A stretch of 63,056 bases of DNA, the filler included, from Octopus bimaculoides (lineage: Eukaryota): the NCBI RefSeq assembly GCF_001194135.2. It is 4 parts of 4 records of this genome, joined end to end, with 100 filler letters (N's around TTAATTAATTAA, not from the genome) between each part and the next. Parts side by side here need not be neighbours in the genome. Positions count along the whole stretch, not along the records: positions 1 to 27,081 come from NC_068981.1; positions 27,182 to 44,566 come from NC_068988.1; 2 more parts are not named here. One strand, given 5' to 3'. Positions 25,864-38,410 of this stretch are shown here, one piece after another. The notes beneath the pieces are model-generated. The model made no database searches, was not told where the DNA came from, and was given only the letters and a program-made list of their open reading frames with translations. Numbering within the stretch: position 1 is the first letter of the stretch; the number at the start of each line of letters is the position of its first letter. The translations under genes were made by a program, and so were the position numbers.

Positions 25864-26435
25864 ACAGGAAATCAGTTGCATGATTGGGGGAAGTCGGGAG
25901 GAGTGGTAGATGTGGGAGTATATATGTATATATGTGTACATATATATGCCAAGATATCTGCGTGTATGCATCTGCATATATGAGTGTGTATGTGTGTAGA
26001 TGTACATTCACACATCTTCCCACGTGTGCACACATGTACACACACATACACATTTTTAGCTACATGTATAAATGCACACGAGCACATGCACACACAAGTG
26101 TGCACATATACATACAGGAACAGCACGGCAAATCACCAATTCCCAACACTTCTTCATACCTGTCTACCTGCATACTCACCAATTGTGCATAGCCACAAGT
26201 ATATATGCATGCTCATGCACATGAATGTGCATATGCATCTGCTTGCCGTACACATATGCATGGATGTGTGTGCAGATGCACACAGGCAGATGTGTAAATG
26301 TACATCTATACACACATACACACTCATACGTGTGGATGCATACACGCAGATATACAGGCATGCACATGTACACATATATACTTCCACATCTTCTGCCCCT
26401 CCCTACTTCCCCCAACCATGCAACCGATTTCCTGT
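25864..26435. repeat. Foldback (imperfect inverted repeat) element, about 570 bp, arms about 200 bp
   Basis: The left end ACAGGAAATCAGTTGCATGATTGGGGGAAGT.. is the reverse complement of the right end ..ACTTCCCCCAACCATGCAACCGATTTCCTGT. Complementarity continues inward, e.g. GATATCTGCGTGTATGCATC against GATGCATACACGCAGATAT. Confidence 0.85.
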
Positions 26436-27081
26436 CCACTACGCAGTCGATTTCCATACATATAACTCACAATAAATGTGTCAAGTACCCTTCTTTTGTC
26501 TACTCACTCGTGTATATATATATATGTGTGTGGTGTATGTGTGTGTGTGAAGGCATGTGGCGTAGAGGTTAGGGTTTTGCACTCATGATTGTTAGATTGT
26601 GGGTTCAATTCCTAGACTAAGTGGTGTATTGTGCTCCTGAGCAAAACACTTCATTTCATGTTCTACATGTGGCACATTTGTGCACCTGTACAAGCAATAT
26701 CAGTTTGATGGAGGGGGTGAGCTAATGTACTGCACATGCATTTAATCACTAAAAGCATCATTTTTGCAGGTTATTCAGTAAAAATTAAGCACTTATACAT
26801 TGTTTTTGACAGGTGTTTCCTCTACTAGAGGGAAGCACTGAGCAGATAAAGTGTTTTTACACCTTTTACCATAAGAGAGAATTTTTTCTCCATGGTAACT
26901 GCAGTGTATTTGCCTTTAGAGGTTAAAACATGTCACAAACAAATCTTAACTAACCTAAAGTTTATTAATTCTTCATCACTGGATGATGCTATTTCTATCA
27001 TATATATGTATGTGTGTGTGTGTATGGCCACAGTCATTCGACTGAAACATATAAAAGAATAAAAGAATATATATATATATA

Positions 27082-27181
27082 NNNNNNNNNNNNNNNNNNN
27101 NNNNNNNNNNNNNNNNNNNNNNNNNTTAATTAATTAANNNNNNNNNNNNNNNNNNNNNNNNNNNNNNNNNNNNNNNNNNNN
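27082..27181. other. Artificial scaffold-join spacer (44 N + TTAATTAATTAA + 44 N)
   Basis: The same 100-bp layout recurs at 44567-44666 and 59143-59242. Confidence 0.95.
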
Positions 27182-27928
27182 ATATATATATATATATATA
27201 TATATAATGTAAATATATATATATATATATATATATAATGTAAATATATATACATATATATATATAACATAAAAGAGGGAAAATTCACACTTTACATAGT
27301 TCTAATATATTTTTTAATATATTTTATATTGTGTTTGTCGACTGGTTTCGCTTTCGCTAATTATGACATTCAAATTATTGTAATTTCGTATTTTCTTAAG
27401 AAGATTTTAGTCCATGTTGTGTTCTTATATATGAATATATAGACATATTCAGAGTGTGTATCTACAAACACACACACACAAACATCCACTCGCATGCATA
27501 CACGTGTATAGTGTTGTGTGTGTATGCGCGTGTCGGTGGGATGGGTGTTTAAAAGACTATATATAACAGCAGCAAATATTCAAAGAAGAATGGTGAAAAG
27601 TTTGGCGTTGGCTTTTACAACAAGATTTAACTTTCTCTACTCAGAACAGCATCAATCGACAGAATAACACACAAGAGAAATTCATCCACTACGCACCATC
27701 TACATAACACTTGATCATTCGCTTAAAAAACATGAATTAATTCGTTATTTGGAATATAAGCGTATATATGTTATGCGGGCGCGTGTGTGTGTGTGTACGT
27801 ACATATATACATACGTTTATCCACAGAAATACATATAAAATTTCTTAATAAAATTGCTGATACTATATTGTCCACACATAAAAACGTCAAATATACAATG
27901 TTAACTCATAGATAAGTGTGTGTATATG

Positions 27929-27971
<43 letters not shown>

Positions 27972-28055
27972 NNNNNNNNNNNNNNNNNNNNNNNNNNNNN
28001 NNNNNNNNNNNNNNNNNNNTATATATATATATCATACATGTTCATGTAAAGGAAG

Positions 28056-28086
<31 letters not shown>

Positions 28087-28844
28087 CACACACACACATA
28101 AATGGAGTGATGTTTCTATCGCGGTAGTACTTATCAAGATTTAATGCCACGTTCTCGCACGCGCGCACACTGTCGCACACACACACACACACATACATAC
28201 ATATATAGAGAAATATATATATTTATGTATGCTCATGAATTTATATACCTACATCTGTATCTCTCCATATACATATATATATTTATATATGAATGTATGC
28301 ATGAATGTAAATTATGTATATAGAGAGACTACACACACATATTCATACGTTTATGCGTATAGTTTCGTGTGTGTGTCTGTGTGTCTATGATGTATATTAA
28401 TTCTAAAACTTATTGCATATTTTAATAACTTGACGACGTTCGTGTGAGGTTGGCGAATACCTTAATAGGTTCCTCATGCGTAGTCTTCTGCCGTTAAATG
28501 TAACGTTTTTTGGTCTATATCACAAAAAAATGTTTGCCATTTTCGATGGAATTGGACAAGATATCATCTCCAATTTATTCCGTTTTTAGATATTGAAATA
28601 TATGGCAAAAAATATGGTTCTCAATTGAAAAATATTAATAATTTCTATAGATATCCATACTCTAATTTACAAGAATGGCTGTTGTATGCAAATTTTTGGT
28701 ACGTCTGCTAGTATATGAAGAGGTTGATTTCTTTCAGACGCCTTACGCATTCAATATAATTGTTTGTGCGGCCAGTCTTTCTCTGTTCTACGTACGTGTG
28801 AGTGTGTGTGGCAGTATGTATATGTATTATTTTGCATTCTGTAC

Positions 28845-28880
<36 letters not shown>

Positions 28881-29138
28881 CATAGGACAGGCATATTTAA
28901 TATTTATACACGTAAACACTTATACGGAGTAATATGTATGCGTGAGTGTGTAATCAAATTTATATATGATACACATATTGATTTATACATATATAATATA
29001 AAAATTATATCTAGTTATATTTTTTTATTTAATAAATACAGAAAAAATTTTATATTTTTATTATATATTTCTACCATCTCCCCCTCTCATTCCCTTCATA
29101 TCTCTCTTCCCTCCTCTCTCTGTCTACCTATCTATCTA

Positions 29139-29179
<41 letters not shown>

Positions 29180-29920
29180 TCGTATGCACATATACATACA
29201 CACACACACGCGCATACACGTTCGCGCGTTCGCACGCGCGCGCACACACACATTATACATAATTATGTGTTGTATATTATAACCGAATATTATTATACAT
29301 TGTATATAGAATGTATAGAACCTGAGTAAAAAATATAAATATGTACGTACGTGTGTGTAGGTATGTATGTGTGTTTGTATGTACATGTGTACATTGTTTG
29401 TACACGTGAACATATATATATATATATACATACATATATTAATAGGGCAGATACATATTTAAATTATTCAGACGAATGTCTTTCAGAGTGCAAAGTTAAT
29501 ATCATTAATTATATTATACACCTCTCTCTCTCTCTCTAGATATATATAGATATATAAGAGTGTATACAGTGTTAAATACACTATACACAAACGTATATAT
29601 ATTGAGTTAGTCATGGCCTGGGCCGATAATGGCCGAAACCAATCTAAGTTATAAATATATTCGACGCATTCAAAAGCATACACATCTGTAATTTATATAT
29701 GGCAAATATATGCCCTTTGTTAAATAGTAAGTATGCATAGAATGACAAATTGATAAATAGACAGATGTACACACACAAGCAAATTTCAACTATATGTAGA
29801 TATATGTATATATACTCGCATAAACGTACATGCACACGTACACATATACATACATATATGTATATATGCACGCACGCGCACACACATATATACATATATA
29901 CGCCTAAACACATATATATA

Positions 29921-30026
29921 TAGATAGATAGATAGGCAGACAGACAGTTAGGTAGGTAGATAGATAGATAGGCAGACAGACAGTTAGGTAGGTAGATAGA
30001 TAGATAGGCAGACAGACAGTTAGGTA
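29921..30026 (+). repeat. 36-bp compound-microsatellite unit, about 3 copies (TAGATAGATAGATAGGCAGACAGACAGTTAGGTAGG)
   Basis: The unit restarts at 29921, 29957 and 29993. Confidence 0.85.
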
Positions 30027-30773
30027 GATAGATAGTGAGAGAGAGAGATCAGCGCAACAAATTTGTTTGGAAAATGTTTAGTTGATTGAATTTATTACAA
30101 TTTCTGATTGGTAGAAATGAAATGTCGACTCAGTAAAATTTGTCTCCAGAATATAAAGGGACATAATTACCTCCATATTGATATTACATGCAGAGTGAGC
30201 TGTGTGCAACATTTTAATTTCACAACACACACATGTATACATACATACGTGTGAATGTGTACGTATGCATGTATTATATATATATCTTTAGATAGGAATT
30301 AGGATTCACTTATGCTCCCGCTAACATTTTGCTCATCTCGAACAATGCAATGAATAATATTCTCCATGAGCGTTTAACTAGAAGTTAAATTGTTCCCAAC
30401 TCATGATTGATATAATCTTCATGATTAATAACATCTTGTACGTGAAAAATTACCATTTTGGCTGATATACGTTCATATTCACAAACACACACTCGCACAC
30501 ACACATACACTCACACGAACACGCACACACTCTCTCTTTCATGCACGCGTGTGTGTGTGCGCGTGTGTGAATGTGCGTTTTGTAAGTACATATGCACATT
30601 TAAAATGTTTTTTATGCGTAAAACAACGGAGTTTGAGTAAAAGATTTACTCAAAGAATCTTTCTTTGAATCCTTATTAAACCTGTAATCACAACATGGTT
30701 AAAGGTCACTTGTGGTGAAACTTCGAAGTCACTGGAAATATAATTATATGTGTGTATGTGTATTTATATACAT

Positions 30774-30817
<44 letters not shown>

Positions 30818-30947
30818 AGATAAATAGATAGATGTTTGATAGCTAGATAGATATATAATAATTGACTCATATATATATATATGTGTATAGTTGAAATTTA
30901 TATAGAAACAAAAGATAAAAGTAGGTATGAACGAGAAAATGAAAAAG

Positions 30948-30986
30948 TTTTTTTACGTTTCGAGCCTACGCTCTTCATTAGAAAGG
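30948..30986 (-). ncRNA. Hammerhead motif of the same repeat family with one core substitution (CUAAUGA)
   Basis: The minus strand reads CCUUU-CUAAUGA-A-GAGC(GUAG)GCUC-GAAAC-GUA-AAA. Confidence 0.6.
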
Positions 30987-31053
30987 AATAAGAGAGAGTA
31001 AACAGATACAGAGAGATAGAAAAGCTTGTAGATTTCAGCGGTCCAGCATTGGC

Positions 31054-31093
<40 letters not shown>

Positions 31094-31686
31094 NNNNNNN
31101 NNNNNNNNNNNNNNNNNNNNNNNNNNNNNNNNNNNNNNNNNNNNNNNNNNNNNNNNNNNNNNNNNNNNNNNNNNNNNNNNNNNNNNNNNNNNNNNNNNNN
31201 NNNNNNNNNNNNNNNNNNNNNNNNNNNNNNNNNNNNNNNNNNNNNNNNNNNNNNNNNNNNNNNNNNNNNNNNNNNNNNNNNNNNNNNNNNNNNNNNNNNN
31301 NNNNNNNNNNNNNNNNNNNNNNNNNNNNNNNNNNNNNNNNNNNNNNNNNNNNNNNNNNNNNNNNNNNNNNNNNNNNNNNNNNNNNNNNNNNNNNNNNNNN
31401 NNNNNNNNNNNNNNNNNNNNNNNNNNNNNNNNNNNNNNNNNNNNNNNNNNNNNNNNNNNNNNNNNNNNNNNNNNNNNNNNNNNNNNNNNNNNNNNNNNNN
31501 NNNNNNNNNNNNNNNNNNNNNNNNNNNNNNNNNNNNNNNNNNNNNNNNNNNNNNNNNNNNNNNNNNNNNNNNNNNNNNNNNNNNNNNNNNNNNNNNNNNN
31601 NNNNNNNNNNNNNNNNNNNNNNNNNNNNNNNNNNNNNNNNNNNNNNNNNNNNNNNNNNNNNNNNNNNNNNNNNNNNNNNNNNNNNN

Positions 31687-31734
<48 letters not shown>

Positions 31735-31814
31735 ATACAAAGAATATATATACATGTATACACACATATATGTACATACTTACATCTACATGTGTATATA
31801 TATGCATATCAAGG

Positions 31815-31908
<94 letters not shown>

Positions 31909-31913
<5 letters not shown>

Positions 31914-32614
31914 GCGACTCCAGGTCATCAGCCTCACTCGGGCCCATCACAGATTCGTCATTCGGGCTCATCGCAGATTTTACATAAAACCTATGCCTGT
32001 TCGAAGACTTTCATGTTTTTCCACACTATTTTTGGTTCCAATATTTTAACCCTTTTTCTTTTTATACCTAGCGCTCTGTTTCTAAGTCGATGATTAAAAT
32101 AAAGCGACCCTGCGAACCACTGACCTGTGAACACAGACGCACAGAATAACAGCCATCAAACCACGACAGCGGAGAGCACAACAAACATTAGTCATGTGAC
32201 TGTCGCGTGTACTCATCGCAAGAGATGCCAGCTAGTCTTTTACACCTTCCAGGCTCGTTCTTATTAGCCCGAATTGCTGGATAATATTTTGTTCCTTTAA
32301 GAATATTGTAGAACGGAAACTTTTCAGAGATTGGAATTTAAACCTTAATCTCTATAGAAATCTATTGTTTTCAAGAATTACTTTTGATTACTTTTGAATT
32401 ACTTTTAATTTTTACAAATCTAGATAACAACTCGGGCTGTAACTCCTGAGCTCGAGTCAGGCGCGTGTGGACGGTGACGAGAGAACGTCTGCCACGAATG
32501 TTATCTTCTGACTCGGGGCACCACCTCGAGACGACCGCCAGACGCTGAGCAGAAATAGATTAACTGCGACCAGGCTCAATAAAAGGAGCAGCCCCAGGAT
32601 CGGAGTCGCCACTG
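31909..32614. mobile_element. 706-bp non-autonomous DNA transposon (MITE) inserted in a (TA)n tract
   Basis: 13-bp terminal inverted repeats CAGAGGCGACTCC / GGAGTCGCCACTG (1 mismatch), each directly abutting (TA)n. It is GC/CpG-rich and has no credible ORF. Confidence 0.8.
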
Positions 32615-32927
32615 ATATATATATATATATATATATATAATGTACTAAAAGTCTTTCTCTTTCTAAGACGTGAACTATGGTTGCTAGGCATTGAAAGCAA
32701 ACACACACGCACGCGCACGCAACACACATGAACTTACGAATATCCATTTATGATGTGATTCTGTCGAACAAATTCCCTCAAAGTTTCCTAAAATAGAAAA
32801 CAGTCGCCCAAAGTGGCACGCAGTGGAATTGAAACCGAAACTACGTATTGTGAAGTCGAGTTCTCAACAATGCAGCTATGCCTGCGCCTATGGATAACTA
32901 TCTCTTTCTCTTTCTCTCTCTATCTCA

Positions 32928-32973
<46 letters not shown>

Positions 32974-33315
32974 NNNNNNNNNNNNNNNNNNNNNNNNNNN
33001 NNNNNNNNNNNNNNNNNNNNNNNNNNNNNNNNNNNNNNNNNNNNNNNNNNNNNNNNNNNNNNNNNNNNNNNNNNNNNNNNNNNNNNNNNNNNNNNNNNNN
33101 NNNNNNNNNNNNNNNNNNNNNNNNNNNNNNNNNNNNNNNNNNNNNNNNNNNNNNNNNNNNNNNNNNNNNNNNNNNNNNNNNNNNNNNNNNNNNNNNNNNN
33201 NNNNNNNNNNNNNNNNNNNNNNNNNNNNNNNNNNNNNNNNNNNNNNNNNNNNNNNNNNNNNNNNNNNNNNNNNNNNNNNNNNNNNNNNNNNNNNNNNNNN
33301 NNNNNNNNNNNNNNN

Positions 33316-33355
<40 letters not shown>

Positions 33356-34053
33356 CTTGTGGGCCTGTATTTGTCACCCCAGCATCGCTTGACAACCGAT
33401 GGTGGGTGGTGTGTTTTCGTCCTTGTAACTTAGCGCTTCGGCAAAAGGGTTCGACAGAATAAGTACTAGGCTTACAAGCACCTCTCTTATTTCGGTACTG
33501 AATATGTGTGTGTGTGTGTGTGTTTGTATACACAGTGTATATCTATATGAAACAATATATCTACTCGTCTATCTTTCTATGTATCTACACACGCGCACAC
33601 ATACATAATACGAATGTTTCTTGTTACCGAATATCTAGAGAGTTACTTTTATATTGAGCACATCGAAGTACCTTTTCCTCGAAAGATATTCTGTGATAAT
33701 CAAATCCAACACATATCTCCTTTTCTCTTGTTCACTTAAGTCAGTTTTATATCTAACTTCAGTTGTCAGATTCCCTTGTACAGTTAGTTACATTCGGGAT
33801 TCAATCATTCTTACATTGCCTGATAAGATGCTTCTGAAGTGGCAGACTTGCTACGAGGCCACACAACCTATATTTCTTCTATGTCTGCTTTCAGGAGTTG
33901 ACTCTTTCCTTATAGTTTTACACTGTACTTCTTCAGTGCCGTAGCCCCAAATATTTCATAACTTATGTGCACATTTGTTGAGCACTATAGTGTAGACCAC
34001 CTCATTAAGACTAATGATAATGTGCCCAAGTCTCTCTCTCTCTCTTCCCACCC

Positions 34054-34088
<35 letters not shown>

Positions 34089-36043
34089 TCTCTATCTATC
34101 TATATTTATTCACACACATACACATATAAATACACACGCACATGCATTCAAACTTTCATTCATAGCTCAACATCTTATACGTGTATTCTTAGATGGCTCT
34201 GCGTATTGGTGCAGTGATATCACGTGCATAATGGTATACATAAGCAAGCGAGATAAACCTTAGATATTGGCGAATGATTCATATTATAGCGAACAGCTGC
34301 AACAAAGCTGGCGAATGTAAAGTTCATTATACGTGTGCAAACGCTTTGATTCAATTGCTTTATATCGTGTAACAATGTTCATTAAACTATATTCTATGTG
34401 TGTCTTCTATATGAAACAGTGAATTATCGTCTTTTAATGATGTTACGCAACGTTAAAGGCGGGCGGGAAGCGTGTTGAATAAGGAAGACATTCGCCTTAT
34501 GTTCGTCTTGTTCGTAGAAACCTCGTTTTAGATATGCGATTTCTAGTTTGTATCAATTGTTCTATAATGCTGTCCAGGCATACATATTCGAGTTTGTATT
34601 GCGTTAGACTCTTCTCAACAAATAGTCGGTTGAAGTGCTTGATAGCGCATACTTCCAGTGAAGCGTAAACTCTCTGTTATTCTGGTGCTAATGAGAGCAA
34701 ATCTTATATGTATGTTACCCCTCGATTTCTAAGCAAACTTCAGGTCCTTAAAGGGACGACTCTGATTTTGTGTTGAGCATTTCGTTAAGTTATTGTTAAC
34801 ATGTTTAATAACGGAATGTAAAAATAGCTGAATAAATGACTAATGTTGTTTTCACAATTTCGACAATTAAGGGAAATGTTTCAGCATGAACATCACCTCA
34901 TCATCTGCGAGGTGGCGGCGCCGGTTGAATCATTAATATAAGAATATACATTGATTTCAGTAGAATTGCTTACGGAATAAAATTTAGTTATTTTATAGTC
35001 TCTCTCTGTTTCAATATTGATGATGATGATGATGATGATGATGACAACGATCACGAAGACCGACATTGAAGACGCTGATGATGATGATGATGTGGTGCGT
35101 GGAAACTAACTTTATACCCCAAAACATACTAAAATGGTAGACAGCTAATTCTCACCACCACCATTATCAACAGTTCCATCATTATCAACGCTGCCATTCT
35201 TATCAAGAAAGCCCACCATCACCACCATCATTATTAACGCTACCAATATTATCAAGAAAAGCCGTGATTAGCACTGGTATGATATGCATTAGCAGCATCA
35301 TTGTCACAACATCACCGCCAACCAGCAAGCCTGTCGTCTTCTACTGTTAACCGGTCGACCTGCTAAAAATAGCTGCCAAATCTTTTATCATGTCACAATC
35401 TCCTGTATTATGGCAGTAGCTATGTATTCGATAATGTAATAATACTGGATTTGTTACACCTGAATAACAGTCGGGGTGGCCACAACTAGAACGCTTTTGA
35501 TCATAGGCTAAACAACGCTCTCAGTTCTCTCATACATGACCCCACTCACCACAATCACCACCATCCTCTGATAACGAGTGGGGTTTCGTTTAATTGAACC
35601 CCGCCCTCTTCCCAGCATCATTGAAAAAGGGTACACGTTGGATTATGTGGTTCGAGATTGCCAGTGTGTCGGAAAAAGACGCGATGGTCATGGGTGGAAT
35701 ACATATTTGATCATTGGTCTGCACGATCAGTGCTGACAGGGGAGCTAAACAACATCACCGATATCAACACCGCTACCACACCGCCACCGCCCCACTACAC
35801 CGCCAACAACACCAGGACCAACACCGCCACGACCGACAACAACAACAACAGCAAAAAGTATACGTTAAATTGAGGAGTGCATAACATACTGAGCGTGAAT
35901 AATACGTGATGGTCACGGCCAGAATGCATGTAACCATATGTGTGTGACTGTATGCTCTCTCTCTNNNNNNNNNNNNNNNNNNNNNNNNNNNNNNNNNNNN
36001 NNNNNNNNNNNNNNNNATATATATATATATATATATATATACA

Positions 36044-36076
<33 letters not shown>

Positions 36077-36254
36077 AGCGTATGTATGTGTGTGTGTGTG
36101 TGTCACCCATCACCACTTGGCAACCGGTGTTGGTGTGTTTATGTCTCTGTAAATTAGCGGTTCAGCCAAAACGACCGATAGACTAAGTATCAGTCTTAAA
36201 TAAAATGACTGAAACAATAAAAAAAGGTGAAAGAGATTTCCATATGTGCGTGTG

Positions 36255-36290
<36 letters not shown>

Positions 36291-36369
36291 TGTGTATGTA
36301 CACACACACACACACACACACTTGGTCACTCATAAGCACACACATACACTTATTGAATGCTATGAGAGC

Positions 36370-36505
36370 AGGCTTTAAATATATGGGCGTGGCCTGAATT
36401 GCTAAATTTAAAAGACAGAGAAAGTGGGAAGGAGATTTCTGATGGTGCGATTTGATTGGTTGAAAGATCAGCATGTGCGCTAACCACATCTCTCACGTGA
36501 CTGTA
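36370..36505. promoter_or_regulatory. Candidate promoter/enhancer motif cluster
   Basis: GGGCGTGGC (GC/KLF box), GATTGGTT (inverted CCAAT) and TCACGTGAC (USF/CLEAR-type E-box) occur within about 130 bp of apparently non-repetitive, CpG-retaining DNA. No linked gene was found. Confidence 0.3.
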
Positions 36506-36980
36506 TTTCAAGGTTGTGAATGGACAACACCTCAATCAAAATTTCCAAATGGAAAACATAAAAGTCATTCGGCTCCTCCCACCGCAAACATATACGAATG
36601 CACAAACAAACACATAAGCATACACCCACACACACAAACCGACAAGCACACACATACACGCACGTACGCAGATACAAACACATACACACACGTGCATTAT
36701 TCACAGCACATCTTTTCCGTTGTGTGTCGATTCCGTTCATATTCTCTGCGACATTGAAGAGGAATACGTCGACCTCAAGACCTGACGGATGTTTTACTTT
36801 CGGAAGGAAGGAAACGCTAAGTTGACTTTGGTAGGGTTTCAACGTGCAACAAGATAGACTCGTAGCCAGAATACCGTCAGGCAGATGCGTGGCAACTATT
36901 TCGTACACTCGCTACCTCTATTTCGACACACACACACACACACACACACACACCTGTATATACATATTCAGGTTTACATA

Positions 36981-37025
<45 letters not shown>

Positions 37026-37420
37026 TATGGTATAGTTTAATGAATCGAGTCAGAAACATGCTTTTATTGTAAAGTTGTACTCTTATAGCAAATACACCAG
37101 CGATTTGCATATTCACGTTCGAATCGTTTGTAATCTTGCTACTCATCGTCTCTATATATAAATTTGGATTTGGTTTGCAAGATTCTTGATGTGAGTTCGT
37201 GTGTTGAAGCATAATCTGGNNNNNNNNNNNNNNNNNNNNNNNNNNNNNNNNNNNNNNNNNNNATAATCTGGGGAGAGCCATTTTCTTTTTCTGCCTTATA
37301 ATTTAACAAACTCACCGCTAAAATTTCCACTTAATCCTTATTTTTATTTTCCTAAAATTTTCGCTACGTCTTAAGGCACAAAAAGAAAATGACTCTCCCC
37401 AGACACAACAGTGTGTGTAT

Positions 37421-37472
<52 letters not shown>

Positions 37473-37864
37473 ATCGTTGGTGTGTATATATGTTTTTAAT
37501 TGTATATATTTATAAAGAGAGACACACAGACAGGTAGGCAGGTAGATAAATAGATAGGCATGTATGTGTATGTATATCACATACAAAACGGACCTTGATG
37601 GTAACTGTGAACTTTCTGGTTGCTCGGTGTCATCAGACAGTGTGATGAAGCAAACAAGCTGTAACTTCGAAGTCACTATCATACTTACACTTGTAAATAT
37701 TTATATACTAAATATGTACTCTGCTACAAAGATTAGCGAGATATTCTACAGTCAAGTGTTAAATTGTTTTAGTATATAATAACTTGAGATAAGAAGAAAA
37801 ATTAATATAATATATATAAATATATACAAAACATGCAAACAAACACACTTACGAATAAACACAG

Positions 37865-37900
<36 letters not shown>

Positions 37901-37964
37901 GTATGTATGTGTGTATATATATCTATATATTATATATATATAGATAGACAGGCAGAATAAATAT

Positions 37965-38410
37965 TTTCTTTTATTTCTTATCCTTGTTTCAGTCATTTGA
38001 CTACGGCCATGCTGGAGCACCTGCTCCAGTCTAACAAATCGAACCTAGGACATACTATTTGTCAACCTAGTACCTATTCTATCAGTCTCTTTTGCCAAAC
38101 CGCTAAGTTACGGGGACGTAAATACACCATTATCGGTTGCCAAGCGATGGTGGGGGAATACAGATACACAAGTCCATCTAGCCATCCATCCATATATATA
38201 TATATTTGTGTGTCTGTGTTGGTCCTCCCACCATCGCTTGGCAACCGATGTTGGTTTGTTTTCGTTCCCGTAACATAGCAGTTCAACAAAAGTGATCCGA
38301 TAGAATACGTATTAGGCTTACAAGGTCCTGGGATCAGTTTGTTCGACTAAAGCCGGTGCTCCAGCATCGCCGTAGTCAGGTGACTGAAACAAGTAAAAGA
38401 ATAAGAAAAA
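37965..38410. mobile_element. Two SINE family B 3' halves in inverted orientation (about 37965-38170 minus, about 38205-38410 plus)
   Basis: CCACCATCGCTTGGCAACCGAT..GGTGCTCCAGCAT..GACTGAAACAAG on the + strand is mirrored by its reverse complement on the left. Other family B tails lie at about 2240-2460, 33350-33480, 36100-36225 and 44295-44355. Confidence 0.85.

Noticed and set aside
27126-27137. TTAATTAATTAA as a biological motif or homeobox site
   Set aside because: It is centred exactly in 44+44 Ns three times, so it is an assembly spacer.
33650-33950. Unique-looking segment as a coding exon on either strand
   Set aside because: The plausible minus frame has stops, there is no recognisable motif, and I found no paired splice sites.
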